NCBI GenBank assembly: GCA_002245135.1 | Contig: NGBS01000307.1 | Coordinates: forward strand, 1-64,000 | Origin: Proteromonas lacertae | Lineage: Eukaryota | Length of the DNA stretch: 64,000 bases | Direction: 5' to 3' | Part shown: piece by piece, positions 37,648 to 50,272 of the stretch | Layout: each line of letters starts with the position of its first letter | How positions within the stretch are numbered: position 1 is the stretch's first letter | Made by a program: the position numbers and the translations under genes | Notes under the pieces: generated by a model | What the model was told of the DNA's origin: nothing | The model's database searches: none | Seen by the model: the letters and a program-made list of their open reading frames with translations, nothing else

Positions 37648-40600
37648 TATTTATTATATTATGTAGGAAGAGATAGAATTATTATGTGGAAATATAATAG
37701 ATAGAACAAATGAATTAAAACAAGAAGGTTCAATGGTTCAAGCCAAACATCAAGCTTTTACAGAATTTCTTTCAGAATTAGGTGAAATGGGATTATCTTA
37801 CTTAACCAACGATATTCCTCCAGAGCAAAAGGAATTATATCATTCCTTTTTATTAGATTCACCAAGTTTAGATGGAATAACAGATTTATTGAAGAATAAA
37901 CTCTTTACATTACCTCAAAATTCAATATATGATTTTATATTAAAACAAAGTAAAAAAGAAAATCAATATTATTATAAGAATATAATGCAAATTCAAAGAT
38001 TGAGAGTGCAATTAGTAGATAAAATCACAACTGATTTAACTCAAACAGAAATAACCAAAACAGTTGGTTATTTAGAGTATTTATTGACTATGCAAATGCA
38101 GCAAAGACAAGTCATTACAACAGTATCAAAATATATTGAAGAGTTGATGAAGTCTGTAATACAAATTGATAACTTTAATTCACAAGATGGAAAGAATGAC
38201 TATTATGATGGTAATTGTTTTAAAGAGCATAGAAGGCTAATGATTGTGTTGCAAGAACAAATAAATGAAGGTATAAACCTACTGAAGACTATTCCAGAGT
38301 GTGAAGAAACAAAGAATATGAATGATATATTGTTACAATATGTAGTGATTATCAAGCAAATCTTATATTCCTATCCAACTGAACCTTATCCAATGTTTGT
38401 CAATAATCAGCTCTTTTGTAATATATCAAATACAATTGAAGAAATTAAAAAGATGAAATGTCAAATAACTTCACTGCAAATATCAACTTATTTAGAAAAT
38501 TATAACTTATCTGTTATTAAAACTATTGATTCATTAATAAATAATCATATATCTATGTTAAATACATCAATACAACCAGCAGAAGAATATACTCCTGAAA
38601 GATTCAATCAATTATATGAGAGAATCATCACATTATCAATGCTTGTCTTCCAAAAGTATGAAAATGATAAAGAAGATGTAGAGTCAAATGATTCATTGAA
38701 ATATATTGATATTCATAAAAAGTGTATTGATTTGTTAAAATCTTTCTCAATACTTGATATTATTGACAGTGTAAAGAAATTGATAAAAATATATCCATTC
38801 ATTTGTAAATCAAATACAGAAGAATATCAAAAGTCTATTCCAACATTGTTATATCCAATATATTCAATCATCTATTTCTTATCAAAGTTATTACAAGATT
38901 ATATATCATTTTCAAAAGTATATTTCTATTTTATTTTACATTGTATTCTAGACAACTTCAAAATTCCATTATATATTGTTAAGAATTGTAAGAGAAATCT
39001 TTGAAAAAGGATTTTGTAAGCCACAAAAAGAAGAAGAAGAGAATGATGAAGACCAAGAAGGTAAAACACAAGAAGGTGTTGAAGGAACAGGTTTAGGACA
39101 AGGAAAAGGAAGTAAAGATATATCCGACCAATTAGAATATGAAGAACAAATAGAAGGTTTGAAAGGTGAAGAAGAAGGTAGTGATAATGAAAATAAACCA
39201 GTATGATTATCATAAGTGTTTATATTTTTAAATAGGAAGATCAAGATAAAGGATTAGAAATGGAATCAGATTTTAATGGTGAAATAACTGACTTACCAAA
39301 TAAATCAGATGAAGAAGAGAACAGTGAAGATGAAAGTGATAAATCAGATATAGAAAAAGATATGGGTGATATTGGTGATGATGAGAATATATTGGATGAA
39401 AAAATGTGGGGAGAAGATGATGAAGATAATGATATAACAGAAAATGAAAAGAAAGAGCAAGGCGAAGTTGAAGGTGAAACATTAGAAGATGAGATGGATA
39501 CTAAAGAAGAAGATGATAAGAAAAAGAGTATATATAATATTTATTTTATGTAATTTTTTAATAGAAGATAAAGATGAAGATAAAAAAGAATCAGATAAAA
39601 AGAATGATGATGGTGATGATGAAGGAAGTGAAGAGGAAAAAAGTAAAGATGAGATTAATGATTTAAATGAACAAGAATACGAAGATAAAACTTTTGGTAC
39701 ACAATTGGATAATAAGAATGAAGATGAGGAAGAAGAAAAGAAAGAAGATGAACCTGAACTGGATGATGAATTGAATTTAGATGGTGGAAATGATGAAAGT
39801 GGAAGTGAAGAAGAGCAAGATGATGAAAATGATCCAACTGAATTACCTGAAGATCCAGGTTATAATCCCGAAGATGAAAAGAAAGAGGATAATAGTATGG
39901 AAGAAGAAAATCAACCAGAAGATGATGAAATACAAGGAGATAATGCTGAAGATAATAATGAGAATCAAGAAGGTGAAAATGAAGGAGAAGGAACAGCTGT
40001 TGAAGCAGAAGAAAAGGAAGATGAGAATAACAGTAATGAAAAAGAAGACGAAGAACATGTAAATCCAAATCCAATTGATAGTAAAGATTATAAGGATGGA
40101 ATACAAGATGAATCAAAGAATAATGGAGTTGGAGGTGAAAAGGACGAAGAAAAAAAGGAGGAAATAGAAGAGGAAGATGAAAATGCTGAAGAAGAGAATC
40201 AACCAATTCAACAGAATGCTCAAACAAAGAATGATTTAAAAGAAGATGAAAAAGAACAGTTTAAACAATCTACAGATGCAAATGACAATCAAAATGAACA
40301 ACAAAATGGTGAAGATAATGAAGAGGATGTAAAGCCAGCAAATCCAATAACTAACCAAGAAGATGTAATAAAAGAATGGAAAAAGAGGATTAATAAAGTC
40401 AAAGAATCAAAAGAGTTGATTTCAGATGAAAAACAACAACAAGATATTCCACCTCCAGAAATAAATGATAATAATGCAATGGAAGAAAAAGAAAGTGAAG
40501 TTGAAGTAATGGCTCCAAGTGAAACAACTGATGGAATAATGCCTCCTTTATTACCAGAAGATGAAAAAGAAGATGATGAAGAAAATAATAATGAAGAAGA

Positions 40601-41731
40601 GAATAATAATAAAGACAATAAGAAGAAGATAAAACCAAAATCATTGAATCTGATATTCCATCAAATATAACAGATAATAATGAAACATCAGAAAATAATG
40701 AGAATAAAATGGAAATTGAAGATGATAAAAATAACCAACCAACTGTATTTACAGATATATTGGATTTATCAGAACATTATAAGATGAATGAACCATTACC
40801 AGATGATTTATTGGATAAGTTAAGAGAAGAAATGGAGAATCGTATAAAAGATAGTTCAATAGATAATAAAACAAAAAGTCTCTATATATGGAGTACATAC
40901 GAGTTGATAACAAGAGATTTGTCATTAAGATTATGTGAACAATTAAGATTGATATTAGAACCACTATTACAGTCAAAATTAGAAGGAGATTATAGAACTG
41001 GAAAAAGAATAAACATGAGAAAAATCATTCCATTCATAGCTAGTCAATATAAAAAAGACAAAATTTGGTTAAGAAGAACAAAACCAAGTAAAAGAAACTA
41101 TGAAGTGATGATAGTTATTGATGATTCCAAATCAATGTCTGAAACAAAAGCAGGTCAATTGGCTTGTGAAGCAACAACATTAATAGCAAAAGCATTAAGT
41201 CAACTGGAAGTAGGTGAAATTAGTATATGCAGTTTTGGAGAAGATGTGAAGATATTACATCCATTTGATCAACCATTTACTTCTGAATCTGGTGAGTATT
41301 GCATGTCACAATTTACATTCAATCAACTAAAGACCAACTATGTATTATGTTTGAAATCTATCATATCAATTCTAAATGCATCAAGAATGTCAAACATTTC
41401 TTCAAATAATAGTTCAAGTCAAGTTCAGTTAGTGTTTATGATAAGTGATGGAAGAATTGATGCAACAAGTAGAGAAAAGATAAAAGAATTATGTATAGAA
41501 GCGCATGAAAATCATCAATTATTAGTGATGTTAATAGTTGATAATGGAAAAGAATCTATCCTAAATACAGAGAAGATAAATTTCATTGGATCAAAAGTGG
41601 TGAAAAGTAAATATATTGAACAATACCCATTCCCATATTACATAATATTAAGAGATTTGGAAAGTCTTCCAGAGATATTGGGAGATGCTTTGAAACAGTG
41701 GTTTGAATTGATTCAACAAACTGAAATGTAA
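24678..41731 (+). CDS. MDN1: Midasin/Rea1 AAA+ ATPase (60S ribosome biogenesis), 11 introns, 3 single-base indels
   Basis: Six AAA modules (GSNGCGKT, GETGCGKT, GPTSSGKT, GDTGCGKT, GSPGVGKT, GQSSTGKT), a long linker, a D/E-rich tail and a C-terminal MIDAS domain (GDYRTGKRINMRKIIPFIAS, DDSKSM, ISDG). Introns 26520-26559, 26734-26764, 27274-27311, 30268-30298, 30406-30438, 30643-30883, 33629-33669, 37616-37666, 38917-38951, 39201-39235, 39528-39564. Indels near 28530, 32960 and 40620. Confidence 0.97.
30690..30838 (+). ncRNA. Candidate intron-encoded structured RNA (H/ACA snoRNA-like or Sm-class)
   Basis: Lies in the only long intron (241 nt). Hairpin 30690-30741, ANANNA box ATATGA 30743-30748, ATTTTTG 30775-30781, hairpin 30781-30832 followed by ATA. 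Confidence 0.45.
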
Positions 41732-41857
41732 TTTGTTAATCTTTTTTTGTTTTGATCGTTATATGTTTTAACTTCTGTATTAAATCACCCAAAAATACAC
41801 AAATATATATCAATCAATTTAAAAAAATAAGAAAGATTCTTTCATCATTTATATACT

Positions 41858-44800
41858 TTATTCTTTACTAACCAATTTCCATACAAGACAACCTCTATCA
41901 TTGCCACCACTAGTTACTACATAACGATCATTCTTGGTAAAGCAACAACAAGCTACATGGCTTGAATGACCAACTCCTTCACTATATTTATGTTCTTTTG
42001 TTAATACTGGATATCTATACAATCTAACTTTACCAAAATCATCACCAGCCACTAATAAATCACCATTATGACTTCTATCAACTGCATTAATATCAGTTCC
42101 ATCGCTTGTATTAGCCCAAATACCTTGTACTCCCCATCCTAACACACAATTCTCTGTATTCCATTTCACATCTTTCAATAGACTTGGTTTATTCATATGT
42201 TTACCTGTTTCAACTTCATAGAATAATAATTCATAATCTCCATAACTTACTTTAATATATTTATTATCATCACTGAAATCAATATGAGTAATATAACTAT
42301 GACCAGCTTTACATTGACTGATTGGTTTAGAATATGATTTTGTTGTATCATAAATATATACTTTAGTATCATGACTTCCTAAAGCTAAGTATTTACCATT
42401 CTTACTATATTTAATATCGCTAATACCACTCTTACTCATATCTAATTTCTGAGCTAATAATTTCATAGTTGGGAAATCATACACCATAAATCCACCAATA
42501 TTCTCATTATCTTTCTTATTTTTACTACTTCTCTTACCTCCTAATCTTCCACCTAAACCAACACATAATCTCTTACCATCACTTCTCATACTTACACATC
42601 TTGATAATCTTGGCAATTTAATTGTACTAACACATTGACGTTTTGGAATAGACCAAACTCTTAATGTTCTATCATCACCAACAGTACAAATAGAACCAAA
42701 ATCAGTTGGATTAGCACAAACACCCCACAGTTCATCTTCAAAATGACCAGTTTGTAATTTTCTACCATTCTTTATTTCATTAGAAGAACTATCAAAAATA
42801 AATTCTATAATATCACTACTACTTGTTCCTATCAACATTTTTTCTTCATTTGAATTGAAGCAGATACTCATTATACTGTATTCTAAACATTGATCAGCAT
42901 ATACTTCGCTTAATTGAATTGAATTAACCAAATTCATATTTTCATCCCAAATACCAATTACACCATCTTTACCACCACTTAATAAATAATTTTCACTTCT
43001 ATATAAACTATACACACTTCCCTTATGTAATTCTTTACTTTCTTTGCATTCACTACCTTTATAAATATATAATTTTCCTTTACTTGTACCACATACCATT
43101 GTATTTTCATTCAAAGCAATACCACATACTAATGTATCTTGTGCTTCATTCTTGAATAAAGTTCTTTTACTAGTAATAGAACCAGCATTCCATAAATTAC
43201 CATGTTTCACACCACCAGTCATAAATGTACCATCATTCAACCAACTAACAAATAATGTATTATTCTTATCACCTTTATTGCTTCCCATTAATTTCCATTT
43301 TCCCCAACTACCATTAATAGCACCATATAATGCGACAGAATGATTTTGATCACTACCAACTGATGCTAATAAGTTACTATTTGGTGAAAATGCTAATGCA
43401 CTAATACCTTTAGTATGGAATCCTTTTAATGTTGTTATTTTTTCACCATTAGTTGAATCCCAAATAACAATAATTGGTTTTGGACCAACTTCACCTGTTG
43501 CTACATATCTTAATGATGGATCAATACATAAACAGGTTATATCATCTTGATGATCAGTATTGAATATTTGTTTCTTTGTAAGTGGTTGAATTATACCAAC
43601 AGCAGCTACATGATATACAATATTATTAGTAGCAGTGTATCTTAAATTATTTCTACTATTCTGAGCTTGATAACCAAATACTGTGTGTAACTCTAATGAT
43701 TTTTGTGGTAATTGTGTACTGATTGGAGGTAATTGTGAGGGTGGGAATATTGCACCTAACCATGGTTTAACTGCCATAAATTCATCACCTCCACCAGCCA
43801 TTTCAAATTCAAATGGATTCTCTTCTTTACTTGCCTTTTTACCTTTTGATGTTGAAGAAGATTGGATTACTTCTTCTTCTTCTTCTTCTTCACCTTCTTC
43901 TTCAACTAATGCTCCACTATTTTCTTCATTATAATTCAACTTCCATTCAATAATTGAACGATCATTACCACCTGTACTGTATATATAATCATCATGTTTA
44001 CTATTACCAAATCTAATACAAGTTACATGACTAGAATGACCACTTCCTTCAACATAGCTACTGTTCTTTTCAACACATGGATAATTGAAGAATTTGACTA
44101 ATCCAAAATCATCGGATGTTGCTAATATTTTGTTCTTTTTATTCAAATCAACTGCATTAACATCAGTTCCATCACTACATTCAGGCCAAATTCCTTGTAC
44201 TCCCCATCCTAATACACATGTTTGAGTTAACCAATTAACATTCTTCAAACTCTTTGATTTGGTAATTTGTTTACCTGTTTTAGTATCCCAGAAAAGTAAT
44301 TCATAAGCACCACAATTTGATTGTAAATATTTATTATCAGCAGAGAAATCAAAGTGAGTGATGTAACTGGAATGACCTTTCAATACTTTCTTTAACGATA
44401 ATTTCTTAGATGAAATTGAATACAAATAAATCTTATCATCATGAGAACCAACAGCACATTCATCACTTCTTCCATTGAATTTCACTTCAGAGATCCAATC
44501 TTTAGCATCTTCCTTATGATCTAATAACGTTAAACCACTGATTACTTCTACTATATAATGATATACCACCATCTTTATTATTCTTACCTCTTCCAACTCT
44601 TCCACCTAAACCAACTAATATCATTTCAGCTTTTGTATCATAGGCAATTGCTCTTCCCATTGTTGGAATAGAAGTACAATTCTTTATTTCATGTTTTTCT
44701 ACATCCCATAATCTTATGGTTGAATCATCACCAACTGTAGCAATTTCATTCTTATCTATTGGATTGATAGCTAAACCCCATAATTCATCTTTACAATGTC

Positions 44801-47800
44801 CACTTACTAATAATTCCAATTTATCATTGTCAATAGTAAATTCATAGATATTACTAGCTCTTGTACCAATTAATAACTTGTTATTTTCTTTACTAATACA
44901 AATACTTCTAACTTCACTAGTTGGATTGATTGTTGATAAGATTGGATTATCATTTGTCTTGATTTTCTCAGAAAGATCAACTTGATTAGTTATTTCAAAT
45001 GTATCTGGTTTATACATTGTTATTAATCCAGCTTTATTACCACAAATTACTGCATTATCATTAGAATACATAGCCATTATTGCACCTTTACCAACATCAA
45101 TAATTTGACTCAATTGTCTCTTATCATTGAATAAATATAACTTTCCATCTAAAGTACCAACAACAAATGTATTTGAAGCTTTAGCATAACATACAGTAGG
45201 GAATGTTTGTGTTTTACCTTTTACTTTACCAGCAGTTAATAAACCTTTTCTACCAGACATATTCTTACCTTGGAATTCCCAGAATCTTACATGTTTTTCA
45301 CCACATTGACATAATATACCATTATCACTCCAACACATATCTAATACACTGGCAACTTCACCTTTACTACTGCATTTAACTACGCCTTTATTCCAATCAT
45401 AGATAGCTACAGTATGATTATTATCATTACCAATACTTGCTAATAAATTGCCAGTTGTATTGAATGACAATAAGACTATTGATCTTTTGTGGAAATTGGT
45501 TAATTCTTTAATTGTTTCACCTGTTGTTGAATTCCATACAACAATCTTTGGATTGGCACCAAGTTGACCTGTTGCTATAATCTCTAAATTAGGATGAATA
45601 GCTAATGATGTAATATCATCATTATGGCTTTGATTATAAGATTGTTGTAACTTCTTAGGGTTGAATATAATACCTAATGATGCGATATTATATACCAAAT
45701 TACCTTCAGCATTATATCTTAAGTTGTTTCTACATGTTTGAGATTGGTAACCATACACCCAGTTAATATTAACATCAAGATTAGGAGAATTAGAATTAAT
45801 TGGATCATGTTTATCTGGTTCAGCAATAGCACCAAGCCAAGGTTTAACTGCCATAAATTCATCACCACCTTCTAATTGGAAGTTTTCTAAGTTTGGATCT
45901 TTATAAATATTATCATTCTTATTAACTGGTGCTTCTGATAATTCAACTTTACTTTGTTCAGTAAATTCTAAATCATCACTATCATATTTCCATTGGAATA
46001 ATGACTTATCATTACCACCTGTACTATATAAATATCCATTATTATAACCAAATCTAACACAAGTTACATGACTAGAATGTCCAATATATGAATTATTACC
46101 ACTATTCTTCTCAACACATGGATATCTAAACAACTTTACTAATCCAAAATCATCGGAAGTAGCTAATACATCACGTTTTGGTGATAAATCAACTGCATTA
46201 ACATCAGTTCCATCACTGCATTCAGGCCAAATTCCTTGTACTCCCCATCCTAATACACATGTTTGAGTTGACCAATTAACATCACGTAAACTTTTAGCTT
46301 TTGTGATTTGTTTACCAGTTTGAACATCCCAGAAGAGTAATTCATAAGCACCACAATTTGATTGTAAATATTTACCATCAGCAGAGAAATCAAAGTGAGT
46401 GATATAACTGGAATGACCTCTACATCTTGATATATATTGTAAACCAGGCCATTTATATAAATAAATGAAATTATCATGTGAACCAACAGCTACAACATTA
46501 CCAAGTGGTGACATTTTAATTTCACTTATCCATTTCTTTGAATCTTGACATTTCTTAATAATAGTCATATTTCTCTTATCATCTAATTTAATAGCTAATA
46601 TTGTACCTTCAAATTTATCTTTCTTTCTTAAAGAAGATGATGATTGGTCTAATGACCCACCTAATCCACAGATAATATATTGTCCATCTAAACTATAAGC
46701 ACATACTCTAGTCATTGATGGTAATGAGATTGCACTAATTTGCTGATGGTTAATAATATCCCATATTCTAAGTGTTCTATCATCACCAGCTGTAGCGATT
46801 TCTTCAGCATTATTTGGATTAGTTGCTAAACCCCATAATTCATCTCGATAATGACCTGTTACTATTGCACCACCAATAATTTGATCTCTAACCAAATCAA
46901 TTTCATAGATTTCAGAGAGATTTGATTCCAACTAATATCTTTGACATATCATTTGATACACATAAACTCTTAATTTGAGATTTATTCGTTTCTTTCTTTG
47001 ATGGATGATGATGATGAAGTAATATTAGCAGATGATGTAATACTGGAAGTAGTAGCAATTGAATTAATAATCTTTGATTTTGACATATCAGTTTTCCAGA
47101 ATATAATACATCCATCTTTACCACCACTAACATAACCAGATTCATCAACTAATGGTTTGATAGTATAAACACCACCTTTATGACAATTATTATAACTTTT
47201 AATTACTTTATTATTCTCCCATAAGTATATATTACCTAGTAAAGTACCTGTTAAGAATCTATTATCTGTTGTGTTGTTAGTTGGACTAATGCATAATACA
47301 GTATCGATTGGATATTTACCAAATAATCCTTTCTTTCCTGCTAATGATTTACCAGTGAAATTCCACACTTTAACTTCTTTAGCACCACAAGAAACTACAG
47401 TTTTATCTGAGATGAATTGACAATCTAATATTTTGATTTTACCACTTTCTACAGCACATACTCTCTTATTATTCTGCCAGTTATAAATTACAATCATGTG
47501 ATTATCATCTTGTCCTACTGTTAGTAAATACTGACCATCCAATGAAAATGCAACACATGTAACTGCTCTTTTATGGAAATTTCCTAATTCAGCAACAGCT
47601 TCATTCGGATTATCAATACTCCATATAACTACCTTTGGATGTGCTCCTAATTGACCTGTAGCTACATATTGTTGGCTTGGATCAACAGCTAAACAGATTA
47701 TATCATCATCGTGAGATAGATTGTAAGATTGTTTTTGATTATCTCTATCATATAATATACCAACTCCTGCAGAATGATAAATCATTCTTTTTCCATCATT

Positions 47801-48745
47801 TGCGTAGAATAAATTGTTTCTACAATCATAACCTCTATAACCATAAATCCAATCTAAATTCAAAGAAGCATCTGGAGGTGAACTAGATACTGGATTGTGT
47901 TTAGTTGGTTCAAATATTGCACCTTTCCATGGTTTAACTGCCATAAACTCATCACCGCCACCTGCATTGTTTAATGGAATATCATTTGTCTCTTTTTTGC
48001 CTTGATAATTGTTTACTTCGTAACTATAGCTGTTCATATTATCTTCATTGTATTTGGCTATAGCTTTGATGAATTTATTGAGCCATTTATTCTCATCCTG
48101 AACAAATGCTACAAATCTTTCGTGACTGAGTTTTTCATTACCACACATTCTTTCCCATACTCCAGTGAATAAGTTGAATATATCCTCTTCATCCATCATA
48201 TCATCTATTCCATATAATTTCTTTAATGCACAAATAATTGATTTCATTGATAATATAAACTCTTCTTTGCATAATGATCGTTCATCTTCATCAGCAGTAT
48301 AACAGAAATGAAATGCATCAAAGAGATCTTCAATTTTCACAATTTGAGTAGTACATGAGTATAAAATGAGTGTGAATAATATTTCAAATCCATCACACAC
48401 ATCACCACCATCATTAATGAAAACAGGGATTAAGTCTTCTAATTGAGCTATTTCTTCAGCAGAACAGTTATTTGAGAACCAATGTACTATCTGGTCGTGA
48501 TTGACAACAGCACTTTTATGAGTTTCAATGAATACTTGGAACAATACAGCAATTTTTGATTGTGGTATATTAGTAAATGGGTAAATTGCTGAATTTATTG
48601 CAAATTCGGTACCTTCATTGCTAGCATTATTTTCTAATTCGATTATCTTATTTATAAAATCATCCATCAGCTCTGAATAATGAAAAACCGAAAAGATCCA
48701 GTTCAAAAATACAGTGTATAGAGTGTATTTGTTTGTATTATTCAT
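41858..48745 (-). CDS. Echinoderm microtubule-associated protein-like (EML5/6-type, three HELP+WD40 TAPE domains) with N-terminal EF-hand-like region; apparently intronless, 3 single-base indels
   Basis: GGDEFMAVKPWxGAI HELP lead-in occurs three times, as do GYxxxxxRNNL, LGWGVQGIW and GHSSHV. Frameshifts near 47003, 46915 and 44540. The real start may be MDDF at 48667. Confidence 0.9.
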
Positions 48746-48792
48746 TATGGTTTAAACAAAGGCTAATACATAAATATATACATATATGTTAT

Positions 48793-50184
48793 TTACTTCC
48801 TACGATTTTCTACTAATCTTCTCATTTTTCTCATATAATTCTCTCGAAAAAGATCAATCACATTATCAACTTCTTCTATTTTTCTCTTTTCAACCTCACC
48901 ATCTAAATTCATTATACATGTATATTGTTTTTTCAACTTTTTCTTCTCAACTATTATATCTATCACTTTATTCTCAACAAGTTGAAATTGACTTTCTTTT
49001 ACTTCACTTTCTTTTTCTATTTTATTATTATTATTTTTATTATTGATATTTATTTTTTTATATTTATTTTTACTAATATTCTTTCCTTCATTCCTTTTAT
49101 TTCTTTCAATATCTGGACCTCTTGGCAATATATCATCAATATTAAAACTTCTTTCATTATTATCTTCATTTATGCCACTTTTTTTCTTACTGATATTCTT
49201 GTTTCTTTCATCATTATTATTATCATCTTCTTCATCTAACATTGATAATACTGTATAAGATGCTGATGGTGTTATATTTGTACTGTTATTCTTTTTATTT
49301 TTACTAATCCATATAGATGAATGTGTTGATATTATGGATGATGGTAATGTATGAATTGATGATATTTCACTTGATATTGTTTCATTAATTACTTCAATTG
49401 GTAAAGATAGTGATTTTGCTTCAACTATTGTTGTTGTTGTTTTCTTTTTTCTAACTGGTGATATTTGAGTTAATGGTTCATCTTCTTCATCATCTTCTTC
49501 ATCATCTTCTTCATTTTCTTCATTTTCTTCTTTTTCTTCTTTTTCTTCTTTTTCTTCTTCTTCTTCTTCCTCCTCTTTATCATTTTCTTCCTCTTCCATT
49601 TCTTTAGACGATGAAGAAACTGATGGATTTGATAATGATATATTACTAGCAGAAGATTCTTGTGATTCTACAATTATTTCTTCATTTAAATTCTTATAAT
49701 AATTATTATATTTCTTTTCATCTTTTTGGTATAAATTTTCAAGAAGATCAATTACAGTATTAAGTTTCATTACATCTGTTCCTTTATTCTTTAATTTTAC
49801 TTTTTCTCCAGAAAGTTCAATTTCAGGTGTATCAAGTATTAATATGTACTTAGTCTTGTTTGAATCTAAATTATATTCTTTATAATTCTTTGACAAAACA
49901 ACTTGAAACTGGAAATTATTTATGTTAACTACAGGGTAAATATGTTTCTTTTCATCTAAACCTTCCATAGAAGATAAAGATCTGAATGCTTTATTGTTTA
50001 AATGAGTATATACTTTAAGGTATCCATCGCTCAATTCTATTATTTTATCATCAGTATGCACTTCAACTATACAAGCTTTTACTTTTCTTTTCTTCAACGG
50101 ATGCATATTACATGTTATAAAGTTATCTAGGTGGTAATATATCCATTTAATATTATCATCTGCTTCTAATACTTTATTAACCAT
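48793..50184 (-). CDS. Hypothetical protein with a putative N-terminal TPP1/Est3-like OB fold and an acidic/Ser-rich disordered region
   Basis: Intronless 463-aa ORF. N-terminal motifs IKWI, ELSDGYLKVYTHLNNKA and YILILD. Domain call is tentative. Confidence 0.7.
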   Translation of the reverse strand: MVNKVLEADDNIKWIYYHLDNFITCNMHPLKKRKVKACIVEVHTDDKIIELSDGYLKVYTHLNNKAFRSLSSMEGLDEKKHIYPVVNINNFQFQVVLSKNYKEYNLDSNKTKYILILDTPEIELSGEKVKLKNKGTDVMKLNTVIDLLENLYQKDEKKYNNYYKNLNEEIIVESQESSASNISLSNPSVSSSSKEMEEEENDKEEEEEEEEKEEKEEKEENEENEEDDEEDDEEDEPLTQISPVRKKKTTTTIVEAKSLSLPIEVINETISSEISSIHTLPSSIISTHSSIWISKNKKNNSTNITPSASYTVLSMLDEEDDNNNDERNKNISKKKSGINEDNNERSFNIDDILPRGPDIERNKRNEGKNISKNKYKKININNKNNNNKIEKESEVKESQFQLVENKVIDIIVEKKKLKKQYTCIMNLDGEVEKRKIEEVDNVIDLFRENYMRKMRRLVENRRK

Positions 50185-50272
50185 CTTTGTTACTTCAAAA
50201 ATTCAAAAAATCTATTCCTTTAGACAAGATCTGCTAACTTCCTTTTTTTGATAATTTCAAAATCATTTTTCA

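Noticed and set aside
24678..41731. Midasin, EML and MED8 as pseudogenes or split genes
   Set aside because: All motifs are intact and only isolated single-base shifts interrupt them. Midasin is normally essential.
44551..44566. 16-nt GTATATCATTATATAG micro-intron (and a 19-nt GT..AG at 28513-28531) that would fix frameshifts
   Set aside because: Both are far below the ~24-nt minimum seen elsewhere. The 16-nt segment encodes GGISLY, matching GGFMVY in the sister repeat. A single-base indel is more parsimonious, though RNA-seq should confirm.
14541..46982. Euplotes-style +1 frameshifting at AAA-stop sites
   Set aside because: The codons before the premature stops differ from site to site, and at 28530 and 44540 the protein similarity shifts frame well upstream of the stop.
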